From Diadema antillarum (taxonomy: Eukaryota), in the NCBI RefSeq assembly GCF_040938485.1, contig NW_027271077.1:186001-250000 (forward strand): a stretch of 64,000 bases of DNA. The letters are read 5' to 3'. The translations under genes and the position numbers were made by a program. The notes under the pieces are model-generated. The model saw only the letters and a program-made list of their open reading frames with translations. It was not told the DNA's origin and did not search any database. This document shows, one piece after another, positions 1 through 12,545 of the stretch (positions are counted from its first letter, which is position 1; each line of letters opens with the position of its first letter).

Positions 1-1147
1 CGAGGTATCACGTTTCAATCTTGATCCTCCTGAGCAAGCCATCAGTGGGCTCGATGCGGATATGTAATACAACTCAGAGATGTGGAATCCACCGCGGCTT
101 TAAGCTGATGAAATGTCTCTTGTTTAAGAGAGATGGATAGTCCGAAGACCTTTCCATTTCAAACACAATTATTTGCCTTGGTCTTAGATGTCATGTAAGA
201 TACCCGGGTACTTCAAATTCGAGGAAAATGGTTGAGCGCACAGACCAGGTGTAGCGACGACATGGGATCATCGCAGAATAGTCAGATATTGGGCTTTTAA
301 TATGACTGTGTTTTGTTATGCCATGACACGAGAATACACAAGAGAGAGGGAAAAAAATCGTCTGTTAGTGAATTGTGTCACGGTACTGACGAAATCAATA
401 TTAGCCGCACTTCCAGGACACAAGGGTATAATATTTTTTCTCCCACTTCTGTGATTGTATGGTACATAATGATGCGAGAACTGAGTGATTATTTTGCTTT
501 AATGGGGGTACTTGACGTCTAGAAGTAAGCTCATTTGAAACAAAATTTTATTTCAAAGTGTTTGACTGTGCATGACGATAAAACCTAAGATACTGCAGTA
601 ATTTTTAGGCTAGGATCCCTCTATCATAACAATAATATGCTGCGATGATATTTGTTTAAAAGATACTAAACAAAATATACAGAACAAAACTTGTTAATGC
701 TCTTTTAATTTCAGTTGTTTTGACACTACAGGAAAGTGATATCGCATGCCCTGATTATGATGTAATCATGGCCGAGCGTCAACCAAGGGCCTATAGAATT
801 AATGCAAAGTGTTTTCTAGGGAAACGGGTGAATTGTATCTCCAAAATACGTCTCCAGAACCAAGAACCCTGCTCAAATACGAGGAATAAAATCCGAATAA
901 AGGGGAAGGAAATTGAGAGGGATCCGGTGACCGTCAGACGCAATACAGTGAATAATTCCGGCTTGGAAACCAGCCTTTAAATTGAAGACGTATTTGGTTG
1001 CATGAATGTGCATGGATCCGCATCTATGGTGGCCGTAAAAACGCCCGAGTCGTGTTCTTCTTTATCGCCGGTCATTTCTTATTCCGATTGGCGATTGCGA
1101 GTCACGTTGTGTGTCCTGGGTTGCGCCAGACTGCTCGCCTTCTATTA

Positions 1148-1209
1148 ATGAATTCCAGTCTCATGACAGTCGCTTCGTACTATAGTACCTTGTCGGGCAA
1201 AGCAGACGG
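1148..1209 (+). CDS. Candidate first coding exon (MNSSLMTVASYYSTLSGKAD-G), product unknown
   Basis: ATG at 1148 and an open frame to a strong donor CGG|GTAAGT at 1210 (phase 2), in a CpG-rich patch with an upstream ATTGG (CCAAT) box. The phase matches the exon at 12453. No recognisable homology. Confidence 0.3.
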
Positions 1210-1929
1210 GTAAGTAGGCATCGCTCACTCGTCATCTGTGCCCGAAATTACGTCAGAATTTGGCTCGCAAGGAAACAGGATGAATAATGTGGCCTCGTGT
1301 TGCTACTGAATTTCATTGCAACACTATAATCTAATATAGTTAGTAATCTATTAAACGCTATTGTTTGCATTGGATATTATCATTGCTGAAGTATAAACGG
1401 CCAGACCATCTTGTGCAAAAATGTATTGAATCTGATTTAAGAATATAAATTTAGTATTGGTGTCAGTATACTCGCAAAAAAGTCCGACATTTGATTAGTC
1501 TTTAATAAAAAAACAATGAAAATGTCAGGGTTGTAGGTCCCAATCTAAAAATACTACAAGAGCAAGCAACTTCCTTCTTACTTCTCCTTTAAGTGGATAT
1601 GTATTGACAAACGTACAATCAAACCCGCTCACCATGTTCACATCTTCTGCTGATACAGAAATCACTGACTTTTGTTGCACAATATCCTGATGAATAGATC
1701 ACATTATCGTGTGTCTCTCAGGTTTCCCAAACGGAGTCTTTGTTCCCATCATCCCTAGATGTCGAATGAATGTCATACAAATATCACCCTTTTAGAGGTG
1801 AAATATAACACTTGACATCCCCACGGGACTTAATCCCCCCCCCCCCCCCCCAGATTATATTTTCCCGAAGCGCACAGCGTTGAGGAAAAAATATTGTCTC
1901 GATGGAAAAATATAGCTTTCTACGGTCTG

Positions 1930-2403
1930 TCAAGTGTTGTTTCAAAACGAATGTTTGTTTTTAAAAAAAAAATCATATCGGTCTATCTCAAAGAATTAGT
2001 TAACTCACCTGTCCCCACACGTAGTCGTAGCTCACAGCATCAATCCCTTTTTCTTCTTCCTAAACTTAATACAAAATTTTATGGTGACAGCTCCTTTTCA
2101 GTTGCTGCCCCGAGATTGTGAAACTCACAACCACAGCATATCTGTCAGTCGTCTACTTTGGTTTATTCAACTCCTCTTTAAAGACTTATTCATTTGTAGA
2201 GTAATCATTTTCTCTCTTTTTTTTTTTAAATTACGTATATTAATGCATACAGTTGTATGATTGCATCGATTTCTTATTATTTTGAATGTAATTTACTATA
2301 TGTGTTTTGTGACGGTGTTGTAAAATGGTAAGAGTTATTGTAAAGTGTATCGGGAACATTGCTTTGTTATGGTTATATGCGCTATAGAAGCTTAATTATT
2401 ATC
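1930..2403 (+). mobile_element. Degenerate 3' end of an L2/CR1-group non-LTR retrotransposon
   Basis: Translation gives YLKELVNSPVPTRSRSS...LLPKLNTKFYGDSSFSVAAPRL*NS. This resembles the L2-group ORF2 C-terminal pattern (YGDRSFSVAAPRLWNSLP). It is followed by an AT-rich tail ending GCGCTATAGAAGCTTAATTATTA. Confidence 0.8.
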
Positions 2404-3448
2404 AAAGACAAAGTAATCTGTTTTACTATCATAAGGGTCTACGTAAATATAGAGATGTCATTTTGTTCAACAGAGGAATGCACATAAAGAGACACAAACG
2501 TAGTTATTAGTACGGGCCAAAAGAATGCTTATATTGCCCTTCATTCAGCCGCTTTGTTTTTTCTTTCCCTTCTATCAGACTTCCTACTTCACGGGGAACT
2601 CCATGTGATTTTTAGAAAGGAAATGACGCATACTAATCAAGGCGTATACTATTTCAACACTCTTTGTCATTTCATTCTTCTCCTAGGCCTACTTGTAATT
2701 TGACTTGAATTAACAAAGTAGAAAAACGCGTCAGCTTTAATTTAACTATAGTCTTCCATTCTTCAATGACACATTATCCACCAAATGCAAGCAAATTTCA
2801 TATCAATTTACTCGTCAACTTTTTCGTCTCATTTTCCTATTCAAAAAATGCGGAAGTTGCTGACTTTCTTTCTTTCATGATTCCGTCCTCCCACGAGCTG
2901 TGGACACAGTTACTCTGAACTCGGCTGCTGTAATTTCACAGTAATTAATTCATTCAGCGAAGTATCCTTTGCAGAGTAGGCCGAGTGGAGAACAAGGAAG
3001 AAAGGCTCTTAGACGTAGAAACTCTCGAACGGGTCACATCGCTTATCGGGTTTCAGGCGGAGTTTCATTCACTAATCAACACCTATTCGCAGAGCGCAAA
3101 CCGAAACCCTTGTAGCGATATTAGAACACGTAGGTGTGTTTAAGCGCACGCGGCAAAACAGTTGTGCTATTTCAGCTTTAACTCATGAACTCATTAGGGA
3201 CAGAAACTTATCGTCCGAGTTTCCTTGAAGTCATTTACGGCAGCTATTGTCGAAATGGATGTTCTTGGAAAGTCGAATGAACCTTCGTTTCAGTAGCAAG
3301 GCTTGATCAGGACTTGTGTTTGCTTGCTTTGTTAGCATGATTCTTAGCAACACATTCGCATTTAATATTAACCCTCTCCCTGTCCGTTCATTCTACACGT
3401 CTCTTTCGTTAATTGTCAAGTAAATTACCAAACATTCTTCAAGTCTAG

Positions 3449-3615
3449 CAGTGGCGGATCCAGAGGGGGCGCAACCGGCGCACGCCCCCCCCCCTTTATT
3501 TTTCGTCAAAAACAAAAGAAATGAAAAGAAAAAATATGAAATGAAACCCGGAAGTGGCACCAGAAATATCAGTCACGCCCCCCCCCCCTTTACAGAATTC
3601 CTGGATCCGCCCCTG
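3449..3615. mobile_element. Short MITE with CAGTGGCGGATCC-type TIRs
   Basis: TIRs CAGTGGCGGATCC / GGATCCGCCCCTG (12/13 match). Flanking 9-mers CAAGTCTAG / CATGTCTAG (8/9) are a possible TSD. A related copy lies at 35395-35585. Confidence 0.8.
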
Positions 3616-3720
3616 CATGTCTAGCCAATAGCTTTCCTGTTGCCTTTATTTTGTGTATAGTCTCGTATCACATTTTTTTTTTTTTAGTTCGGATTTTGCC
3701 TTGCTGACCTTGCCCACATA

Positions 3721-4759
3721 TTAAAGATAATAAAAAGTTTTGGTACCTCAAAAGTGTCCTTGAATTTCCTTGTCTTAGTTTGTGTTTCAGGTTAAAGTAC
3801 CTTTCATATAACTAACAATGTGAGACTTACTCGCCCCAAAGTGCTCTCATGTCTTAGTAATCATGCAATTAACTGCGACCAGCAGCCCCATACGCATAGC
3901 GACCAGCAGTCCCATACGCATAGCGTAATCGGGCTTCGCATTGTAGCATTCAGGATCATGACAGATTTACTATCGCAGGGTAAATGTCAACTTAAAATCC
4001 CATAAATTCTTCAATTTGAAGACTTACCAATTAAGTTGAAGTATTGAAAACAGGCTTCGGGCAACGTTTGGTTCTGCCTATAGTCCCTTTCTGTTCGAAT
4101 TGATGACTGAATGTGACTCGGTCGACAGGACCTTAGGAGAGCTACATACAGTACACTGAATACTACAGCCAGTGCATGCGCAACACATCACATGCACACA
4201 AATTTCAAATCCATGAACGGATAAGATGTTTGTGTGCGCATGCGCTGGCCATGGTATCCAGTGTATGTACAATGTAGCTCTCCCAAGGTCCTCTCGACCG
4301 AGTCACATTCAGTCATCAATTCGAACAGAAAGGGACTATTGGCAGAACCAAACGTTGTTCGAAGCCTGTTTTCAATACTTCAACTTAATTGGTAAGTCTT
4401 CAAATCGAAGAAATTTTTGGATTTTAAGTTGACATATACCCGCGATACTAATTCTGTCATGATCCTGAATGCTACAATGCGAAGCCCCATTACGCTATGC
4501 GTATGGGGCTGCTGGTCGCAGTTAGCTATGCGTACAATGGGCTGCACGCTGCTGGTCGCAGTCAGTGGTTTCGTACAATATTTATCGACGCTGTACAGCG
4601 TTGGCTCTGGTACGAAACCATTATTGCATGATTACTAAGACATGAGAGCACTTTGGGGCGAGTAATTCTCACAGACAACGTACTTTAACCTGAAACACAA
4701 ACCAAGACAAGGAAATTCAGGGAAGCTTTTGAGGTACCAAAACTTTTTATTATCTTTAA
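3721..4759. mobile_element. Foldback MITE with TTAA flanks and AG...CT termini (Kolobok-like)
   Basis: TTAA at 3721-3724 and 4756-4759. The arms are reverse-complementary nearly throughout (e.g. AGATAATAAAAAGTTTTGGTACCTCAAAAG vs its complement ending 4755), meeting at a short loop near 4190-4225. An internal ~25-bp repeat GCGACCAGCAGCCCCATACGCATA occurs in both arms. Confidence 0.85.
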
Positions 4760-6195
4760 TGCTTGCATGCTGAGATGATAACAGGGTATCTTTGTCCCAG
4801 GCCAACTTAAAAAGTTTCGTATGCTTAAGACATAACACTCCAAGTACTCCCACCCCCCCTGCCTCCTCCCCCTCCATTTCCACCACCACTACCACCACCT
4901 TCCCCTTTTCACTGCCCTAAGACGGTATTTATGGGGCTTCTCGTCGTAATCACATTCATCGCCTCCAAGGGGCCGCTGCTCCGTCATCCGCAAGAACTGG
5001 GCGAGGGAAGCGAGGCACTAAGGAGCGAGATGATCGGCAAGCCATTAGTGGGTTCGGGCGCCGTCAACAAGTCACCTCCTTCGCTCTCTGCTCCCCCCTG
5101 ACTGCTGTCCTCGATTAAAGGTTCAGATGAGAGTCGTCGCTATAGTAGAAATCCATTACAAGAATGAAAAATAGTCCATTCTGCTCAGTGACGTCTTTTT
5201 CGCCGAAACGTTGTACATCCTCTTTTTGTTGTTTTTTGAAAGCACACGTTTCATCTATAACACGAAAAAACCAGCAAGATTCCATTCATTTATTCATTTT
5301 CCAGCTCCAATAGAATCATCAGAAAGTGCTTGTGTTGTCACGTTAGAACGTGCATTTAACGAAATTTTAAAGTATATAGTTAAAAAGAAATTAAAAAGAA
5401 AGATAAAACGTTTCTAAAAATGCTTGAAAAGGTAAGCATGATAGCAAGTTTAAGGAGGAAGTAAGAACGCATTGTTTCATGTATCACTCAAGAGCGATGT
5501 ATAGAAGGTGCGGTGAAATGCCTTGCAGAGCTTGTCTTGAGCTAGCAGAATTAATTTGACTATATTTTTTTAGATATATCGTAAATGTTGCTGCGTTTGC
5601 AACGAGTCGCTTCGATTTTCTTTTCTGTGATTTCAGATCAGCAAAGATGAAACGGTTCTTGTCAAAATGGTGTCATCTTTTGTCAATGTCGAATTTTGTG
5701 GCCCGCGGTTACCATCTATAACACCAAGCCTTTGAGACTGATTGACAGACAGACAACTTGTATCCCGGCCATATGAAATCTTAAACTCCACTGAACAGGT
5801 GCACTTAGACACCACAGGGGTAAGAAACAAGAACATTACAAAAGACGTATATCCCGCATGCTCTGTTTCTTGCATTGAAATGAAATCTTTCCCTTTCCAT
5901 TACTACTATTTGTAAAAAAAAAAGAAAAAAAAAGGAAAAAGATTGTATCTTTTAGACAAAGTTACAGAAAATCAGTGAAAATCAATGCGTGGCTGTCTGA
6001 TTTTGCACGCCGGCGATGGTTTGTTTACTACTTCGTCTGATCTGCACTAGAGCAATAGTTTTTCGAGGGGTACTATCAGTCATTCCTTAAAAGTCAAAAT
6101 CCCCAAGAAATAAAGTAAAAACAAAACCCCGACAAAGACTGTTATGAATGCGGTTATGCAACTGGTTGTATTTTGTAATCTTCATGTGAAAGAAA

Positions 6196-6738
6196 GGGCT
6201 TTTTACACTTGTAAATTTTTGCTTAGCCCCGTACCAACGGTGGGGCTAAGGGGGGGCCTTAGCCCCACCGTTGGTACGGGACTATCCTTAGCCCACTTTC
6301 TGTTTACACTCGTTTTTGCCAAAGTGGGCTAGCCCCACCGATAGTACCGTACTATCTGGCCCTGCAAAATAGCAGGGTTAGCACCGCAATTGCGGTGCCA
6401 AGCAAGTGAGTGTAAACAGAACGAAAAAATAATCCGGGGCTAAGCGACGGAGACGAAGTCCGACCCCCACTGACCAATCAGAAACGAGGTAATCAAATGC
6501 TGCCGGTGCGTGCGTGTACGTGTACACTGCACAGCGTAATCATGAATATTCATGTGGTTTGGAAAGTCCGGGGCTAAGAAATACGAGTGTAAAAACGTCA
6601 GTTTTCTCCTTAGCCCCGGACAAGAGATAGTACGGGACTAATTGGCAAGTGTAAAAAGCTGAAAAAATTGGTACGGGACTAACGATAGTCCTGGGTCAGA
6701 GAAAGTCCGGGGTTAAGAAACACAAGTGTAAAAAGCCC
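6196..6738. mobile_element. PIF/Harbinger-like MITE
   Basis: Perfect 16-bp TIR GGGCTTTTTACACTTG / CAAGTGTAAAAAGCCC. Flanks AAA/TAA are an imperfect 3-bp TSD. Subterminal TTAGCCCC and GTACGGGACTA motifs recur. An internal perfect 24-bp stem lies at 6228-6280. Confidence 0.8.
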
Positions 6739-9264
6739 TAAAAAGTGAATCTGAATTCTAAGCAACTATTACGTAACGGCTTGAAAGCATACACTGTAAC
6801 TGCGCTTACCTGGGTTTGCTAATAGATACGGACATAGACTTTGAAATATCTTTCTTGGAAGCATTAAAGAGGCACTGACATTACGTGGAACCGTGCGTGA
6901 TAAGACTCACACCATACTCATGGACAGGACCGGCTTTTACCTTGCTGCCAAACTCCGCTGGACTGTTATGTGAAGAAAAAATGATAGACAAGACGCCATA
7001 TTGAAATTTTGATTTGAATGCTGAATACACCACAGTCGCAACCGTCTTCTTTCTTTCGTACGGGGGCAACGCGACTCATTCCGACGAATTAACAGCCAAT
7101 TCTGCCGCATGGCTAAAACTGCGTAAAGAGCTTTTATCGTGACGACGCGACGACCGACGATGAGCGCTCGATCAAAGTGCACTCCAATCCACCCCACTGT
7201 TTGGCTCCTGAGGGCACGCTGCGTCAACCTCATCCCCAGGGGTCTCACTGAAGCACTCTCCAGCGTACGAAACCAACCTCCCATAGATGGGCACTGCCGT
7301 CGCCCTTCTTGAAATACACTGAGACTAACAATTAAGCGGATTGGCAGCGGGGACCTGGCTCTAAGAGGACGAGTCATCGCACTTCGAAGATCGGGCACGG
7401 CCGTCGTTTGGCCTGCGACGAGAAAGACTCGAGTGTTTGTGCAAACGCTTCACATGAGTCTACGACGATGAAATGAATGAAATCGTTTTGATATCAGTTC
7501 TCTGATTTTTCTTTTGAATGAGAAATGATGAGAGTGCGCCCTTCAGTCGTAGTATGACAACAAAACTCTGTCGCAGTATCCTCTAGGTTCTTTTCGATCA
7601 TGGATTGCTCAATCTTTCTTTTTTTTTATATTCAATAAGGACAGGTTCCTGAGAAGCAAATAAAGCAAACTGAATTGACTTTGCTTTCCAGAAAGAACAA
7701 ACTACTTTCAAGATGATGGCTGTCCAAGATAAATCATTTTTTACAAACTCATCCAGAAATAGACTGGACACTATTCAGTAAATTCTAACAGTTTAAAGAC
7801 ACTGTCCTTTTAGGTCTACTTCCGAACGTACGCGCAGATTATTGGCATCATTTCCTTACTACATGTACTAATATCATAATTTTACTGTTACCTTGTTGAT
7901 ATTGCAATAACAGTTACTAGTATATCCTTATCACAGTGTTTGTTTCTTTTTATCTCGTTCTGGTGTAGCTTTTGTGTAACTAAGTAATTTCGATGAAGAA
8001 CAAGCATCGAAAAGCTTGTAAAAAATCAAATCATCTTCACCAAAAAAAAAAGAACAAAAAACAGCGTTCATTGTCTAGATACAATTTCTTCGATGCGAGA
8101 AGTTGGCGAAACTGTTATATTTGTCAGCAATCAATTATCTAAAAAAATCTAAATCGACACAAACTTACTCCTTTACATTTTACCGTAACACATGTGATAG
8201 AACGCATATCGCATATACCTCGCAGGCAAACTGAATCTATAAGGGCAACTGGATTTCAAACAGGGTTGTTAGATGACGTATTAGTGAACCGACAGCCTTC
8301 CTTCAATATGGACGCATTTCATGACTGATATCTACAGTGAGAGCATATTGACGGGAGGAGGGGGGGGGGTAGATTTGATTCCAGTGAAGAGAAGGAAAGG
8401 GGTCAACACTGTGGACAGCCCAACGGACTTGCCTTCTGATCGATTCGCGCGTTACGTTACGCAGACACGAGTCAGATCGAACCAGCTATTAACGCTACCT
8501 CCACGAGTGCATGATGGATGCTATGAGAATTTTATGAGGGCTATAACTGTCATCGCCGAACAACTTCTTCAAAATATCCGCGCTGGAAAACACCCATGCT
8601 CATCTGTCGTCGCTGAATGAAGGCACTTCTTTCTCTTATTCTACGACGCAGGGACAGTATTTTTGTCGAGGGCCGTTACTTCGGGAGCGCATGTCCCCAA
8701 AGATGAATGGAAAGGTCTTCTCAAAACCAATATAGGGTTAAAGCTGGGATCACAGACAATCGAATGCGTCGTAGGCCTCACTATCTTTAGCTCAGCTGTT
8801 TCATGAAATTTTTCTGTGTCTAGATTTGCGTGCTGCATGTGTGGTGCAGTTTATGAAATGTTTCTAGGTCAGTTTGCCTGCATGCGACAGTACTGAACAA
8901 TTTAATGCATGCATGCAAGGCATTCTATTTCATCAAAAGCAGGAGCTTGAATGGATTTCTGTGGATCGTGACTATGTTTCGGTCTGAGATTTCAGTGTGA
9001 AAAACACCTTAAAGATGTTAAATTGTCATTGGCTTTCAGCCTTGGACAACTCTTTTACTCGACGAGTGAATGCGGGTGACACTGTTGCCCCCGGTGAAGG
9101 TAAAAGTGCAAAATCATATAAAGACAGGGTCTAAGAAATGGCGGCTTTGGGGCGTACCACGGCGAAGGCCTGGTGTAGAGGGGGGAAAAATCTTTTCCCC
9201 CAAAGGAGTTTCGAGAACGATTTGGCTGGCTGCTCTACCGTGGGAGTAATGGCAGTTATGGTCC

Positions 9265-9499
9265 TTAGTATCAATAATAACCTCATCAGTGTAAGTGCCG
9301 CTCTCCCAGAAGGCCCATTTGCAGTCATTGTTACCATTACCCCAACGCTGCCTCAGATACACATTCTGACACCTTGCTCGAGAAGGACATCACTATAACA
9401 AAAACATCTCGTTTGAGAGCGTATGCACTCAGTGGGATTCGAACTTGGGACCTCCGTTTGTAAAGTCTGCAGTCCTTGTCCACTGAGCCACAGTGCTCC
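9265..9499 (-). mobile_element. tRNA-derived SINE
   Basis: The minus strand begins GGAGCACTGTGGCTCAGTGG (A box) ... AAGTTCGAATCCC (B box). The non-tRNA body shares GTTGGGGTAAT with the SINE at 55173. Confidence 0.75.
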
Positions 9500-12452
9500 A
9501 AATCCCAATCTTTTCAACAGATTGGCAAGTCCGCGTCTCCAGCAACTTCCTAAACTTCTGTAACGCCCTCTACCTAACAATCTTATCATGCAGGAACCAA
9601 CCTTCAAAACACACTTAATGATGACGGTGAGAGAAAGATGGGTCACGTTTGCAAATTCAGAGACTTTGAAAATTTAACATCTCTCAAAAAAATAAACCCC
9701 CAAACCCATGAAAATTACTGCTACGTTCATCGATCTACCTTAAAGAGAATACTTATATAATGGAAAAGATTACAATACAACAACGTGATAATTATCTACG
9801 TAAGATGTGAAGTTCGCGAATGATTTTTATGAATAGGCCCACAAAACATCTATCGTCAACTATTCTCCCGCGAAACCGTTTCATGATGAAATATATCCTC
9901 TATTCCATGTGGGGACATTACCGGAAATGAAATTGATGTTTTTACGCGCCTTCGCGGATGTAATCTCACCCGCTTTTCGGCGCTAGACGCAATACAGAAT
10001 TTATGGGAGTCATGCACACTGATATGGTTTCCCTTCACAAACCATTCGTTTTCCACTTTTTCATGGATTGTTTGCCATCACCTGAGACGAAATGCTGCAC
10101 ATAAAACCTAAGTACAGCCCATTTAGCATTCAATTCCCATATGTTCAATTTTCGGCATTTCCATCACTCTGTCTCTCTCTGCCTTCCTGCGTATGTTTGC
10201 ATGACTTGTTCTCAAGAAGTGTCAGACGCTAACCCCATCCCATCTTACTTCGCTTCCGTAGTCATCAAAGGAGGTAACGAGCAACAAACTTTGAAACACT
10301 TTAACAATGATCTCAGCGATCAGTCTTTCTCGAACTGAGATGAATACAAAACAAAGTCTGACAAAAGAGGAGGAAAGAGAGATAGAGAGAGAGAGGGGGA
10401 GATATGGGGGTGGGGTGGGGAAGAGGAAAATGAGGGCGAAATGATTTTCCATTGATCCCAAGTGGTCATGTAGCGATCGTATTCTGCTGTGATATTCCAT
10501 TACGCAGTCATTAATTCCGCACACGGTTGAAACAGACTACTCAGACAGGCCAAGTCTTCCGTATAATGCGTCACGTTTCGTTCCCTCCTGAACTAAAATC
10601 ACGACCATGACTCGGGTACTAACATTTCCTTGCCGCGAAGGGAAAAAATCATCATCATCATCAACAACAAAAACAGCAACAGCAATAACAACAACAAAAC
10701 ATCATGAGAAAGAGGGTCATTGTACAGGGCCTCAGCTGAAAACTTCACCGATGCGGAAAGTTTTCTTGAGCGTTGCTCATCCGCGCAATCTCACTTTGTT
10801 TTCGTGACCACTGGCTGCAAGCTCATCGCCGAGTGAAAAGAATGAAAAAGGCTGACTTCTCATCGACGTGGAAGCTAGTTTCCAAATTGATTGGTCGAAA
10901 ACATCCGAAAGGAATTCGAAAATTGCCGTCACCAGGCATCGCTAGTCTCATTACTCAAGTTGATAGGTGATCGCTCGATCCGGTATCTGCTGTAATAGCC
11001 CGGCAAAGTGGCCGCAAATATTGCTGATTGTTTGCTAGACCATTTCATCTGTTTGCGCAAATCACAATGGCGGAAAAGAAGTTTCTTCTTTGATAAAGTT
11101 GGTAATGTTTTGACATTGGAATTTCCCACCACCGGTAAGACTGGTTTAAAACAAATTGAAAAAAAAACACACGAAGCATTACAATTATTTCCAACTTCCG
11201 AGATCTAAGGGAAGAAACAATATTCCAAATGCCAAAGATTCCTCGCTCTTTCATTTTTCTCAGCTTTAGAATTAGGGTTTTCTCCTTTTCGGTACAACCA
11301 ATTATTCATCCCTGGCGTACGATAAAGTTGGAAGTAGGATATTCATAGTTGAATGCAACTTAAACGCTTTACATTTCTTGCGCGATGGTTTCCTTTCTGC
11401 AATACTGCCGTCTTAATGTTGTCTGCAAATTCGATTTTTTTTTTACTACCTCTCGCTATAGTTTGCGATATTCAGCGAGCGATTGATTCGAATCAAGTCG
11501 TTCTATCATGCAATACTAAAAAACCAAACAGCTTCAAATGATTTGAAAACAGAATGTAGGGCATGTCATTGGCCATTTCTTCCACGCCAGGGAGCCTTCT
11601 TGTTTTTAATGAAATTACGTACAATTATCTCGCATTTATTCGGCCTCCACTTGTAGGTAATGTTTGACGCTCAATGCTCCGAGATCGGTGGGCTTCGATA
11701 CTGGTGGACATTTAATCAAAAATATATTTGTGCCAGGAATAAAAATTCTCCGTAGAACGGATGTGGAGGTATTCACAAGAGTTTAAAGGACGATGAAATT
11801 CACGGATCTCTTTATTTCGCTTAATTATAGTATGGCCACACTCATTCGCTTTATGACGCGCGAGGCCTGTTCAAATCAAAATGATATTGCAAAGTTTACA
11901 TTGCTGAGGCCCATTCCGGTAGAATTGTGGATACCCTCAGGTTTGTCATCATTGTTCTTCAGTACAGTGACGTATTTCTCCTTTCACTTTAGAAAACCTT
12001 ATATTAATGTCGTTGAACTCGAGTGTGGCATAGTGAAAAGTCAACAGTGTTTTGTTTGTTTATTGAACTGGGCTAGAAAACATCACACAGCTTTTGTCGC
12101 AGATCATCTTCTCAATGACTGTTGGTGTTCGTCTGCCTTGGAAAGGTTCGCTCTCTGGAGTGCTGATGACCCAATCGTGACGATTTCATTCGTTACTCGT
12201 GCCACGCAATCATCTCACTCTCCATATCAACAATTTGTGTATACGCGTCCACTGATTACGCTGTTTCTTTGCATACGTGTCTACGCACTCCGTAAATGTT
12301 ATGTTCTTTCTTCTTTCTTGTTTTCACAATAGTCGAACTCTCTCGAACGGTTACCAGTGCAATTTATGAGACCCATTATGTTTATCATAACGTGTTTAAA
12401 GAAGCACTTAATTAATTCTGACCTCCTACTTGCTTTTGAAATCAAATTTCAG

Positions 12453-12545
12453 GGATCAGCACCCCGCGGTTAACATGCCTGAGATACCTGATGGTCGGGT
12501 GGACTTGGGGCCCGCCACAGTTAACTCCTCCTACGTCCACATCGG
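12453..12545 (+). CDS. Candidate internal or first coding exon, 93 bp, encoding DQHPAVNMPEIPDGRVDLGPATVNSSYVHI(G); product unknown
   Basis: Acceptor AAATTTCAG| and strong donor CGG|GTAAGT. It is a GC-rich block in AT-rich flanks, its length is divisible by 3, and it is open in the phase-2 frame with an internal AACATG. No recognisable family. Confidence 0.55.

Noticed and set aside
6937-7398. 153-aa minus-strand ORF in a GC-rich patch
   Set aside because: No recognisable domain or convincing splice boundaries. ORF length is explained by GC richness.
7985-8020. TTCGATGAAGAACAAGCATCGAAA, resembling a Penelope-type hammerhead core
   Set aside because: It lacks the CUGAUGA consensus and I could not build stems I and III. 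The other CTGATGA sites I examined (e.g. near 105, 56145, 63625) also lack hammerhead stems.
11793-12332. Longest ORF in the track (179 aa)
   Set aside because: TTG/ATG start in AT-rich sequence, F/L/S/C-rich composition typical of non-coding DNA, and no motif.
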